From Chryseolinea sp. (GTDB lineage Bacteria; Bacteroidota; Bacteroidia; Cytophagales; Cyclobacteriaceae), in contig JBDTTT010000007.1 in assembly GCA_039930485.1 (NCBI GenBank), positions 6,261 to 70,260 on the forward strand: a DNA stretch of 64,000 bases, in the 5' to 3' direction. Of this stretch, positions 19,455 to 28,131 are shown in pieces (the stretch's first letter is position 1; each line of letters begins with the position of its first letter). Below the pieces are notes generated by a model. The model did not search any database. It was given only the letters and a program-made list of their open reading frames with translations, and had not been told where the DNA came from. The position numbers and the translations under genes are program-made.

Positions 19455-20618
19455 ATGAGAAATTTCTTCAACATCATTATTCTATTAGGTGCGCTGCAAG
19501 GACTCATCATTGGGGCATTGCTTTTTTTTAAGAAGGGAGGAACGCACGCCAATCGAATTCTGGCGATTCTCATCCTGATTATCTCAATGGCTTGTTTCAA
19601 TATTTACCTTATGGAAATAGGAGCAAGGTATTCATATAGTTTTTGGGCTGCGATTGAGGTGTACATTCCGTTTATAATAGCCATGCCCATTGGCCCTCTT
19701 ATCTTTTTCAATACAAAGGCAAATCTTAACTCAACGTTTAGAATAAGTAGTACCGATCGCATTCATTTCTATCCATTGATTCTAGATCTCATTCCAAACA
19801 TCACCTTTATTCTTTTCGCTATAGGATTATTGATGGGATTTTTATCTGAAGAGGATCGAACAAACTGGCGATACTTTGCTGATGAATACAATACCTATAT
19901 AGATATTCCCCGGTGGATTTCGATCTCAATCTATGTATTGCTGGCAAAAAGAGAGATTGATCTCATTACGTTAAACAGTAATGAGATCAAGAAATCACTG
20001 AGATGGCCTAAACGGTTTGTATTTGTATTCTTAATGTTTCAATTGATATGGCTGCTTCATCTTATTCCGTATGTAATCCCTGGAGTAAGCGATTCGTTAT
20101 TGAAATTAGTAGGATGGTATCCAATCTATATTCCACTGGCCGTGATGGTGTATTGGCTAGGCATTAATGGCTACCTGGTTAGTCAGGCAAAGTCGCGAGA
20201 AACATCTGCCAGCAAACCATTGGCCTTGTCTGACGATGTAGTAAATCAAACCAAAAATATTTTGCGTCAGGCGATGGAAGAGGATAAACTTTTTCTTGAT
20301 CCTCTATTTAATCTGACGGCATTAGTTCATCATACAGGTATTCAGCAAAAAATTATTTCGAGTGTTTTGAATCAACACCTTGGCAAAAGTTTTAATGACT
20401 TCGTGAATGAGTACCGTGTTAATGAGGTCAAAAAGAAATTAGTGAAGTCGGATTACAATCACTTAACGATTACCGGAATTGCAATGGAGTGTGGCTTTAA
20501 TTCACAAGCCACTTTTCAAAGAACCTTTAAACATATTGTTGGCCAATCGCCAAGGGAATTTCAGTCAGAGCATCTTGCATCAACTCAAAAAATGCCGACA
20601 AAGACTGCTCAAATCTAG
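19455..20618 (+). CDS. Membrane-embedded AraC-family transcriptional regulator (about 7 TM N-terminal domain plus C-terminal HTH)
   Basis: Multiple hydrophobic helices occupy the first ~240 aa. The C-terminal ITGIAMECGFNSQATFQRTFKHIVGQSPREF is the AraC/XylS HTH signature. Confidence 0.8.
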   Translation: MRNFFNIIILLGALQGLIIGALLFFKKGGTHANRILAILILIISMACFNIYLMEIGARYSYSFWAAIEVYIPFIIAMPIGPLIFFNTKANLNSTFRISSTDRIHFYPLILDLIPNITFILFAIGLLMGFLSEEDRTNWRYFADEYNTYIDIPRWISISIYVLLAKREIDLITLNSNEIKKSLRWPKRFVFVFLMFQLIWLLHLIPYVIPGVSDSLLKLVGWYPIYIPLAVMVYWLGINGYLVSQAKSRETSASKPLALSDDVVNQTKNILRQAMEEDKLFLDPLFNLTALVHHTGIQQKIISSVLNQHLGKSFNDFVNEYRVNEVKKKLVKSDYNHLTITGIAMECGFNSQATFQRTFKHIVGQSPREFQSEHLASTQKMPTKTAQI

Positions 20619-20671
20619 ATTTGAGATGATTTTAGTTCAGATCAATTGTTTCTTGCGAGAAAAATTTAACG

Positions 20672-22360
20672 ATGAAGATCTCTTTCCTGCCCTTTCTGTT
20701 TTGTTTAATATTTTCTCCGTTTGTTTCATGGACACAAATAAAGCAAGAACAAAAGATTGATTCTCTGTTTATTAATTGGCAAGTAAAAGAAAGTCCGGGT
20801 GGTGTAGTTGCAATACTTCAAGAAGGAAATGTAATCTATAAAAAAGCTTTTGGTCTGGCGGATATTGAAAAGAAGATCAAGAACTCACCAGAACTAAAAT
20901 ATGATCTCGCCTCCATTGCCAAACAGTTTACTGCATTTTGCATTGCACTCCTGGACGAGCAGGGCAAACTTTCAGTTGAAGATGATCTGACGAAATACTA
21001 TCCGGAATTTCAGTATCCCGAAGGAATAAAGATTAAGAATTTATTGGATCACACCAGTGGCATTCGCGAAGCGTATGTCTTGGCCATGCTTTCGGGAAAA
21101 ATGAATTTGAAGGGAGAAGTTCCAAAAAAATACAATACAAAAGAATTCTTGCTAAAAGTGTTGTCTAAGGAAAAAGATCTCAACTTTAAAACCGGTGACG
21201 AATTAGCCTACACCAACGTCAATTACATTTTGCTGGGTGACATTGTTGAACGCGTAAGTAAAAGACCGCTGCATGTTTTTGCCGACAGCGTTATTTTCAA
21301 ACCACTTGGCATGAACAATACCGTTTTCAGATACAAACAAAAGATGGAGATTCATGGTGAAGCTTCAGGGTATTATCAAAAAAATAAAAAATTTAAAAAA
21401 GGAAAAGCTTTCGGTGGTATTGTGGGCGATCATAATTTGCTCAGTACGATTGATGATCTTATCAAGTGGGAGTTAAACTTTTATAATAATCAATTGGGAA
21501 AACGAAATCAGCAGCTAATTGATAAAGTCTACGCGAGCAGTAAGCTGAATAATGGTGAACTCACTCATTATGCTTATGGACTCTGGACTAACGAGTATCG
21601 CGGACTCAAACAAATTAATCATGGTGGAGATGATGGCCGGCATACCTCCTTCATTTTAAAATTTCCTGAAAAACAACTTGATATAATCGTACTAGCGAAC
21701 TCCTATCGCTATAACGATACTGAAAGTAAGGCCTATGGCATCGCCAATATTATTTTGGAGGATTTTCTTACAAAACCTATTGAATCAAATGAGCCTGCCG
21801 ATATCATATTCCCTTTAGCAGAGGAGCTAAAAACAAAGACAGGATTATATACAAGAGTAACAAAGGAAGGATTAGCGCAACTTCGAAAAATAAGTTTTGT
21901 GGATAGCAGCTTATACATCAGTGCTTCTTATTACGGTAATGGTATTAAACTTTCGGCAACAACGAACAATATTTTCGTTGCTACAACGGGTTACGGCAAG
22001 CGTATTCAATTCCAGTTTGAAAATGATTCCGCCCAGTTAGTATTGAAAGAAATTTTTGGTGAGAAGATCGGATACTTTAAACGTATGAAAGAATTCAAAC
22101 CCGTATTCACAAACTTTCTAGGATCGTATGTAAACGAGAGCACAGGAGCAAAATTGAAAGTGAAGAAAAGGAAGAATGGAATTGTGGCGCGAAAAGGTAT
22201 TATCAAATTTCCATTAATTGTATTTGACCGCGATCAATTCTTCGCATTTCAACATGATGCTCTTTTTATTTTTGAACGCGATGCTTCTGGAAAAGTGATT
22301 CGGCTAAAAGCAAACGCAAAAGATTTCAGAAATTTTGTATTCACACGGCACCAAAACTGA
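20672..22360 (+). CDS. Serine hydrolase of the beta-lactamase / PBP4-like (class C-like) family
   Basis: It has a signal peptide, an S-x-x-K motif (SIAKQF), YTNVNY (Y-x-N) and HGG near the C-terminal part of the catalytic domain. Confidence 0.8.
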   Translation: MKISFLPFLFCLIFSPFVSWTQIKQEQKIDSLFINWQVKESPGGVVAILQEGNVIYKKAFGLADIEKKIKNSPELKYDLASIAKQFTAFCIALLDEQGKLSVEDDLTKYYPEFQYPEGIKIKNLLDHTSGIREAYVLAMLSGKMNLKGEVPKKYNTKEFLLKVLSKEKDLNFKTGDELAYTNVNYILLGDIVERVSKRPLHVFADSVIFKPLGMNNTVFRYKQKMEIHGEASGYYQKNKKFKKGKAFGGIVGDHNLLSTIDDLIKWELNFYNNQLGKRNQQLIDKVYASSKLNNGELTHYAYGLWTNEYRGLKQINHGGDDGRHTSFILKFPEKQLDIIVLANSYRYNDTESKAYGIANIILEDFLTKPIESNEPADIIFPLAEELKTKTGLYTRVTKEGLAQLRKISFVDSSLYISASYYGNGIKLSATTNNIFVATTGYGKRIQFQFENDSAQLVLKEIFGEKIGYFKRMKEFKPVFTNFLGSYVNESTGAKLKVKKRKNGIVARKGIIKFPLIVFDRDQFFAFQHDALFIFERDASGKVIRLKANAKDFRNFVFTRHQN

Positions 22361-22429
22361 AGTTCTCCAATCTCTTTGAAAGAATTTCTTGACTGTTATT
22401 TAAAAATTCGTTTATTTGCTTAACAAAAC

Positions 22430-22456
22430 ATAAGGATATATAAAGTATAAGGATAT
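22430..22456 (+). promoter_or_regulatory. Direct repeat ataaggatat x2 spanning the PadR start codon (candidate operator)
   Basis: Identical 10-mers occur at 22430-22439 and 22447-22456, a 17-nt period. The second copy contains the PadR ATG at 22455. Confidence 0.3.
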
Positions 22457-22787
22457 GGCAAAGGAATATTTGGGAGAGTTTGAGGAGTTGATTTTAACCA
22501 TGGTGGCTGCTTTGCAAGAAGATGCATACGGTGCCGCCATCTCAGAAGAAATTGAAACGCGATTGAAACGCGAAGTGAACCTGAGCGCGGTACACGTAAC
22601 GCTATACCGCCTGGAAGATAAAGGACTCATCAAATCGAGTTTGGGCGGAGGTACGAATGAAAGAGGAGGAAGACGAAAAAGAATTTTCACCATTACCAGT
22701 GCGGGCATGGCCATGTTGCGTGCGATGAAAGAAGCAAGAATTGATTTGTGGAAGTTGGTTCCTCAATTGAAGATGACAGGAATATGA
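22455..22787 (+). CDS. PadR-family winged-helix transcriptional regulator
   Basis: 110 aa; GEFEELIL...AYGAAISEEIE...VHVTLYRLEDKGLIKS...GGRRKRIFTITSAG matches the PadR wHTH pattern. Its stop overlaps the next start (ATGA at 22784-22787). Confidence 0.85.
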   Translation: MAKEYLGEFEELILTMVAALQEDAYGAAISEEIETRLKREVNLSAVHVTLYRLEDKGLIKSSLGGGTNERGGRRKRIFTITSAGMAMLRAMKEARIDLWKLVPQLKMTGI

Positions 22788-25396
22788 ACGAACAACTTCC
22801 AAAATGGATGTTGAAATTTCTCAAATGGTTTTGCCCTGAACATTTGTATGAAGAGATCGAAGGTGATCTCATTCAGAAATTTAATCGGGATGTAAAAGCT
22901 TTTGGTGATAGCAGCGCAAAGAGAAGATTGGTATTGAATTCTATTCGTTTTTTCAGACCGGGAATTATACTTCGAAATAAATATGTGTTAACCCCAATGC
23001 CTTTCTATATGCTAGCAAATTATTTCAAAATCGCCTTACGGATAATGTTGCGAAATAAAGGATATTCAGCGATCAATATTTTCGGTCTTGCTTTTGGTAT
23101 GACCGGTGCTATTCTTCTCGGATTATGGATATCACGGGAATTTAGTTACGATCAGTTTCATGCAGATAAAGAACGAATCTATAAAGCATGGAATCGTACA
23201 AAGGCCCAAGGTGAATGGCAATGCTGGGACATTACGCCTCGTGTGCTGGCTCCAACTTTGGTATCTGATTTTTCTTCCGTAGAATCTGCAGTGAGTTTAT
23301 CCTATTATAACGACTCATATTTGTTTTCCGTTGGCGATGTACACATCATGAAGAACAATGCTTCATTTGCCGATCCCGAGTTTCTTACCATGTTTTCATT
23401 TCCACTTATAAAGGGTGATGCTAAGAAAGCACTGGGTAATGCCAACTCCATTGTGTTAACGGAAGGCTTTGCTCACAAACTCTTCGGAGATAAAGAAGCG
23501 TTTGGTGAAAGTCTAACCATTTCGCAGGCAGAGTATGACATTCCGTTTACCGTAACTGGGATTTTAAAAGATCTTCCTTCCAACACCGATTTTCATTTTG
23601 AATTTCTTATTCCATGGCAATTTATCGAAAGTAATTATGGCAAGGATACGGAGTGGAACAACAACTCGGTGAGTTCGTATGTGAAAATAAAAGAGGGCAT
23701 ATCTTTCGAAACATTAAATCGGGAAATTAAAGACATTAAGAAAAAAAACACAAAGGGAAGTGATGAGACGGAAATATTTCTGTATCCGATTACTAAAATG
23801 CATCTCTATTCACGGTTTGAAAATGGAGTAGCGGTTGGTGGTCGCATCGAGATCATGCGGATGCTAGGCATTTTAGGTGTATGTCTTGTTGTCATTGCGT
23901 GCATCAACTTTATTAATTTAAGTACAGCACGGGCTGCCAGAAGATCAAAAGAAGTAGCCGTTCGAAAAGTGACCGGTGCATTTCGATATTCTCTTATCGT
24001 CCAGTTTTTATGTGAGTCGGTCTTGGTTGCCTTTGGTGCTGGTGTTATCTCATTATTTGCTGTTTATCTCGCATTACCTTTTTTCAATACATTGGTGCAG
24101 CAACAACTTGAATTGAACTTTAGTGATTACGCTTTCTGGGTATTCGCTGTTGCAGCTATTGTCTTTATCGGCCTAATGGCAGGAAGTTATCCTGCATTTT
24201 ATCTGTCATCATTTCAACCGGTCCGCATATTGAAGGGAGTACCAATTGTTTCGAATAGCAGAAATGTGTTTCGGTCCTTGCTTGTGATATTTCAATTTGG
24301 GTTTGCTCTTACGTTAATTACCTCTACGGTTGTGATTTATCAGCAGACTGCTTATTTGCAAAACAGAGAATCCGGTTACGCTAAAAACAATTTGGTATAC
24401 CAGCTTATGACGGGTGACCTCATTAAAAATTTTCAAGCCTACAAAAACGAGTTGATTGAATCCGGTGTAGCAGTTTCTGTAACGCGAACAAGTTCTCCCA
24501 TCACAGAAAGACTAAGCAACACTTCTGGAATGAAATGGAACGGAAAAGACCCTGAAAATAAATCGGAAGTAGAGCGATTTTATGTTGACGAAAATATTTC
24601 TGCAACGGCTGGTGTTAAAATCCTGAAAGGAAGAGATATGAATCTTGGAAAATATCCATCCGATTCTACTGCTGTGCTGTTGAATGAATCAGCCGTGAAC
24701 ATGATGGGCTTTAAAGAACCGCTTGGTGAAATAATTGAAGACAATGGTATTCCATGGCATGTTGTAGGTGTTGTTCAGGATTTTATTCTTACCTCGCCCT
24801 ATAAGAAAGTTGAGCCCATTGTATTGTTAGGAAGTAAAGGCGGAGACAATGGTATGTTTGGTGTGATTCATATCCGACTCAATCCGGAGCAAACTACAAA
24901 AATGAATCTGGCTACAATTGCCAAAGCCTTTTCAAAATACAATCCTGACTATCCGTTTGAATATCACTTTGTAGATGTAGAGTATGCGCGAAAATTTGCG
25001 AACGTTAAAGCAACACTCACCATCACGTCTTTATTCAGTGGCATTGCCATCTTCATCGGTTGCCTCGGATTATTAGGACTATCAACCTACATGATTGAGG
25101 CACGCGTAAAAGAAATTGGTATTCGCAAAGTAATGGGCGGATCGGTATTCAATATCATTCGATTATTAAGTGGTCATTCATTGAAGCCCATTGTGTGGGG
25201 GATATTAATATTTAGTCCGGGTGCATGGTGGGCTATGAATTGGTGGCTTCAATCTTTTGAATACCGGATCTCATTTTCGGTTTGGGTAATCGTTGCAGCA
25301 GCAGCATCCATTCTTTTGCTCGCATTGCTCACCATTACACTTCAGATCTATAAAGCCGCGCGCGTTAATCCTATAAAGAGTTTGAGAACAGAATAA
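22784..25396 (+). CDS. Prefix-domain duplicated FtsX/MacB-type ABC permease, paralogue 1
   Basis: N-terminal WFCPEHLYEEIEGDLIQKFNRD module, then two TM-ECD-3TM halves. The coupling-helix motifs are RSKEVAVRKVTGA and RVKEIGIRKVMGG. I chose the ATG at 22784, not the ORF-track GTG at 22748. Confidence 0.85.
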   Translation: MNEQLPKWMLKFLKWFCPEHLYEEIEGDLIQKFNRDVKAFGDSSAKRRLVLNSIRFFRPGIILRNKYVLTPMPFYMLANYFKIALRIMLRNKGYSAINIFGLAFGMTGAILLGLWISREFSYDQFHADKERIYKAWNRTKAQGEWQCWDITPRVLAPTLVSDFSSVESAVSLSYYNDSYLFSVGDVHIMKNNASFADPEFLTMFSFPLIKGDAKKALGNANSIVLTEGFAHKLFGDKEAFGESLTISQAEYDIPFTVTGILKDLPSNTDFHFEFLIPWQFIESNYGKDTEWNNNSVSSYVKIKEGISFETLNREIKDIKKKNTKGSDETEIFLYPITKMHLYSRFENGVAVGGRIEIMRMLGILGVCLVVIACINFINLSTARAARRSKEVAVRKVTGAFRYSLIVQFLCESVLVAFGAGVISLFAVYLALPFFNTLVQQQLELNFSDYAFWVFAVAAIVFIGLMAGSYPAFYLSSFQPVRILKGVPIVSNSRNVFRSLLVIFQFGFALTLITSTVVIYQQTAYLQNRESGYAKNNLVYQLMTGDLIKNFQAYKNELIESGVAVSVTRTSSPITERLSNTSGMKWNGKDPENKSEVERFYVDENISATAGVKILKGRDMNLGKYPSDSTAVLLNESAVNMMGFKEPLGEIIEDNGIPWHVVGVVQDFILTSPYKKVEPIVLLGSKGGDNGMFGVIHIRLNPEQTTKMNLATIAKAFSKYNPDYPFEYHFVDVEYARKFANVKATLTITSLFSGIAIFIGCLGLLGLSTYMIEARVKEIGIRKVMGGSVFNIIRLLSGHSLKPIVWGILIFSPGAWWAMNWWLQSFEYRISFSVWVIVAAAASILLLALLTITLQIYKAARVNPIKSLRTE
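22826..22897 (+). repeat. Conserved 72-nt 5' box, copy 1 of 5
   Basis: tggttttgccctgaacatttgtatgaagagatcgaaggtgatctcattcagaaatttaatcgggatgtaaaa. The 26-nt core gatctcattcagaaatttaatcggga is identical to copy 2. Confidence 0.9.
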
Positions 25397-25431
25397 GTCA
25401 TCATCAAGCCAGAATCTTTTCAAGAGAAGGC

Positions 25432-28131
25432 ATGAAAGAAGAAAGAGATACGATACCCTCTAAAGCAACGGTGCAATTCCTCTCATGGTTTTGTCCGGAT
25501 CATATCTATGAAGAAATTGAAGGCGATCTCATTCAGAAATTTAATCGGGATATAAGAACAGTTGGCGAGAAACGAGCGAAGCGAAAATTGATTTGGAATA
25601 CCGTTTGTTTCTTCAGACCTGAAATTATTTTACGAAATACATTTTCATATTCTTTAATCAATACCATTATGCTTCGAAACTATTTTACCATCGCCTTTCG
25701 AAATGTTCTGAAGAACAAAGTGTTTTCGGCTATTAACATTTTTGGATTGGGTATTGGATTGGCAGCGTGTCTGCTCATCTTTCAATTCGTGAGTTTTGAA
25801 TTGAGTTACGATACATTCAGTGAGAAATTGGATCGTACCTATCGTGTTACGAACGATCGATTTCAAAATGGAAAGTTAATTCAGCATGGCACAATCATGT
25901 ACCCTACCATTGGTCCAACAATGGCTAAGGATTATCCAGAGATTGAGATGTATACGCGCCTGATGCCAGGAGGCGATCTGAATATTAAGGTCGATGAAAA
26001 GATTTTCAAAGGAGAGAATTCTCATTTTGTTGATGAGCACTTTCTTTCTGTTTTCAGTTTCCCCATGCTGGCAGGAGAGAGACTTACGGCTTTGAAAGAT
26101 CGATATACGATGGTAATCACAGAGAGAACCGCTATTAAATACTTTGGCGTTCCGGATAAGAACTATTCGAGCGTACTCGGCAAGGAAGTGTATTGGGGGC
26201 TTGACACTCAACCCTATAAAATAACAGGAGTTTGTACTAATGTTCCTGAAAACTCACATCTTCAATTTGATGGACTTGTTTCTTATTCTACACTGATCTA
26301 TCCGCAAGACCATGGTGCGGATGATAGTTGGACCTGGTCTGACATGTATCACTATCTCGTGTTGAAACCAGGAGTGGATTACAAAACGCTTGAAGCAAAA
26401 TTCCCGGAGTTCAGTCAACGCTATTTTCAAGGTGACAAAGTTTCGGGCAGTGTTGAAAAATTTTACTTGCAACCGATGAAGAATACACACTTGTATTCAG
26501 ACTATGAGTATGACTTCGCAAAGACAGCAAGTGGTAAAGCAGTATGGGCCATGGTTATTGTTGCCGTTTTTGTTTTGCTCATTGCGTGGATCAATTACAT
26601 AAACCTTACTACATCGCGTGCACTTGATCGCGCTAAAGAAGTGGGCTTACGAAAAGTAATGGGAGCTTTGAGATCACAATTGATTAAACAATTTCTGTTT
26701 GAATCGATACTCATTAGTCTTTTTGCTTTTGTGATTGCTCTAGCCATTGTAATGCTTTCTCAATCCTCATTCAACGAAATGATTAATGGAAATCTTTCGT
26801 GGTGGAAGGTGCTGTCGGAAATGAATGCATCGACTACCATGATTTTAGTTTCAGTAATGATTACGGGTGTTCTGCTATCCGGCTTTTATCCTGCATTTGT
26901 TTTATCATCCTATCATCCAGTCACAGTTTTGAAAGGGAAATTTCAGCGATCTTCTCGTGGACAATTCTTAAGAAAATCTTTAGTAGTGTTTCAGTTCACT
27001 TCATCAGCCGCATTAATTACAGGAACACTGGTCGTTTCAAAGCAACTTCGCTTTATGAATGAAGCGGATCTCGGAGTGAATATTCACAACACATTGATTG
27101 TTCAGGCACCTGAGCGCACGGCTTGGGATTCCACATTTATTCAACGCGTGGAATCATATAAACATGAGCTTACTCAAATTAAGGGTGTCGTCAGCGCCAC
27201 AACATCCTGGCGACTTCCCGGTGATCGATTGGGAAGAAGTTTTGGTATCCGCCTAAGCGATCAACCTTCTGATGCTCATTTTACGATGAGTCATCAAGGT
27301 GTGGATCATAACTTTTTTGATACGTATGACATAGCCATACTGGCAGGCAGAAAATTTCTGCCGACAGATCACAGAATAGATTTTGATAAAATTGAAGCAG
27401 TCATTTTAAATCTTAATGCTATCAAGCTTCTCGGAATAGACAGCCCTCAAAATGCAATTGGAAAGCAAATTATTTGGGGAGATTCCAAAACAAAAATTAC
27501 GATCGTGGGAGTGGTGAATAATTTTCACCAACAGTCATTGAAGAACCCGATGGAGCCGATGATCTTTGCTCCTGCTTATAGTACCAACTCGTCTACTTCA
27601 ATCAAGCTAGACAACACATACAAAGACAAGCCGCAAAAAATTATAGCCGATGTTCGGGAAGCGTTCTTAAAGTTCTTCCCAGATAATGCGTTCGAATACA
27701 CCTTCCTTGAGGACAGGTTCAAGCATCAATACAATGACGACAATCGTTTCGGCAAGGTGATTAGTGTATTTACTTTACTCGCCATTATCATTTCATGTTT
27801 AGGTCTTGTGGGATTATCATCATACATGGCGATTCAACGCACGAAAGAAATTGGCATTCGAAAAGTATTAGGTGCTTCGCTTTTCAGTATCGTGACACTG
27901 CTCTCCAGCGGCTTTATAAAATTGGTGCTACTCGCAACGCTTCTTGCTTTACCTATTGCTTATATCGCTGCAGAGAACTGGCTTGAGGGATATGCTTACA
28001 AAATTAGTCCGGGTGTTTTGATTTTTGCATTGCCAGTGATTTTGATCTTACTCATAGCATCCTTTACCATGAGTTTTCAAGTGCTGCGAACAGCGAGAAC
28101 CAATCCTGCGGACACATTGAAATATGAGTAG
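25432..28131 (+). CDS. Prefix-domain duplicated FtsX/MacB-type ABC permease, paralogue 2
   Basis: It has WFCPDHIYEEIEGDLIQKFNRD, the motifs RAKEVGLRKVMGA and RTKEIGIRKVLGA, and 8 predicted TM in a 1+3+1+3 layout. Confidence 0.9.
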   Translation: MKEERDTIPSKATVQFLSWFCPDHIYEEIEGDLIQKFNRDIRTVGEKRAKRKLIWNTVCFFRPEIILRNTFSYSLINTIMLRNYFTIAFRNVLKNKVFSAINIFGLGIGLAACLLIFQFVSFELSYDTFSEKLDRTYRVTNDRFQNGKLIQHGTIMYPTIGPTMAKDYPEIEMYTRLMPGGDLNIKVDEKIFKGENSHFVDEHFLSVFSFPMLAGERLTALKDRYTMVITERTAIKYFGVPDKNYSSVLGKEVYWGLDTQPYKITGVCTNVPENSHLQFDGLVSYSTLIYPQDHGADDSWTWSDMYHYLVLKPGVDYKTLEAKFPEFSQRYFQGDKVSGSVEKFYLQPMKNTHLYSDYEYDFAKTASGKAVWAMVIVAVFVLLIAWINYINLTTSRALDRAKEVGLRKVMGALRSQLIKQFLFESILISLFAFVIALAIVMLSQSSFNEMINGNLSWWKVLSEMNASTTMILVSVMITGVLLSGFYPAFVLSSYHPVTVLKGKFQRSSRGQFLRKSLVVFQFTSSAALITGTLVVSKQLRFMNEADLGVNIHNTLIVQAPERTAWDSTFIQRVESYKHELTQIKGVVSATTSWRLPGDRLGRSFGIRLSDQPSDAHFTMSHQGVDHNFFDTYDIAILAGRKFLPTDHRIDFDKIEAVILNLNAIKLLGIDSPQNAIGKQIIWGDSKTKITIVGVVNNFHQQSLKNPMEPMIFAPAYSTNSSTSIKLDNTYKDKPQKIIADVREAFLKFFPDNAFEYTFLEDRFKHQYNDDNRFGKVISVFTLLAIIISCLGLVGLSSYMAIQRTKEIGIRKVLGASLFSIVTLLSSGFIKLVLLATLLALPIAYIAAENWLEGYAYKISPGVLIFALPVILILLIASFTMSFQVLRTARTNPADTLKYE
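25486..25557 (+). repeat. Conserved 72-nt 5' box, copy 2 of 5
   Basis: tggttttgtccggatcatatctatgaagaaattgaaggcgatctcattcagaaatttaatcgggatataaga. Confidence 0.9.

Noticed and set aside
22748-22783. ORF-track N-terminal extension (MEVGSSIEDDRN) of the first permease
   Set aside because: It lies entirely inside the PadR coding region in another frame. The ATG at 22784 gives the classic ATGA stop/start overlap, and the paralogues align from that point.
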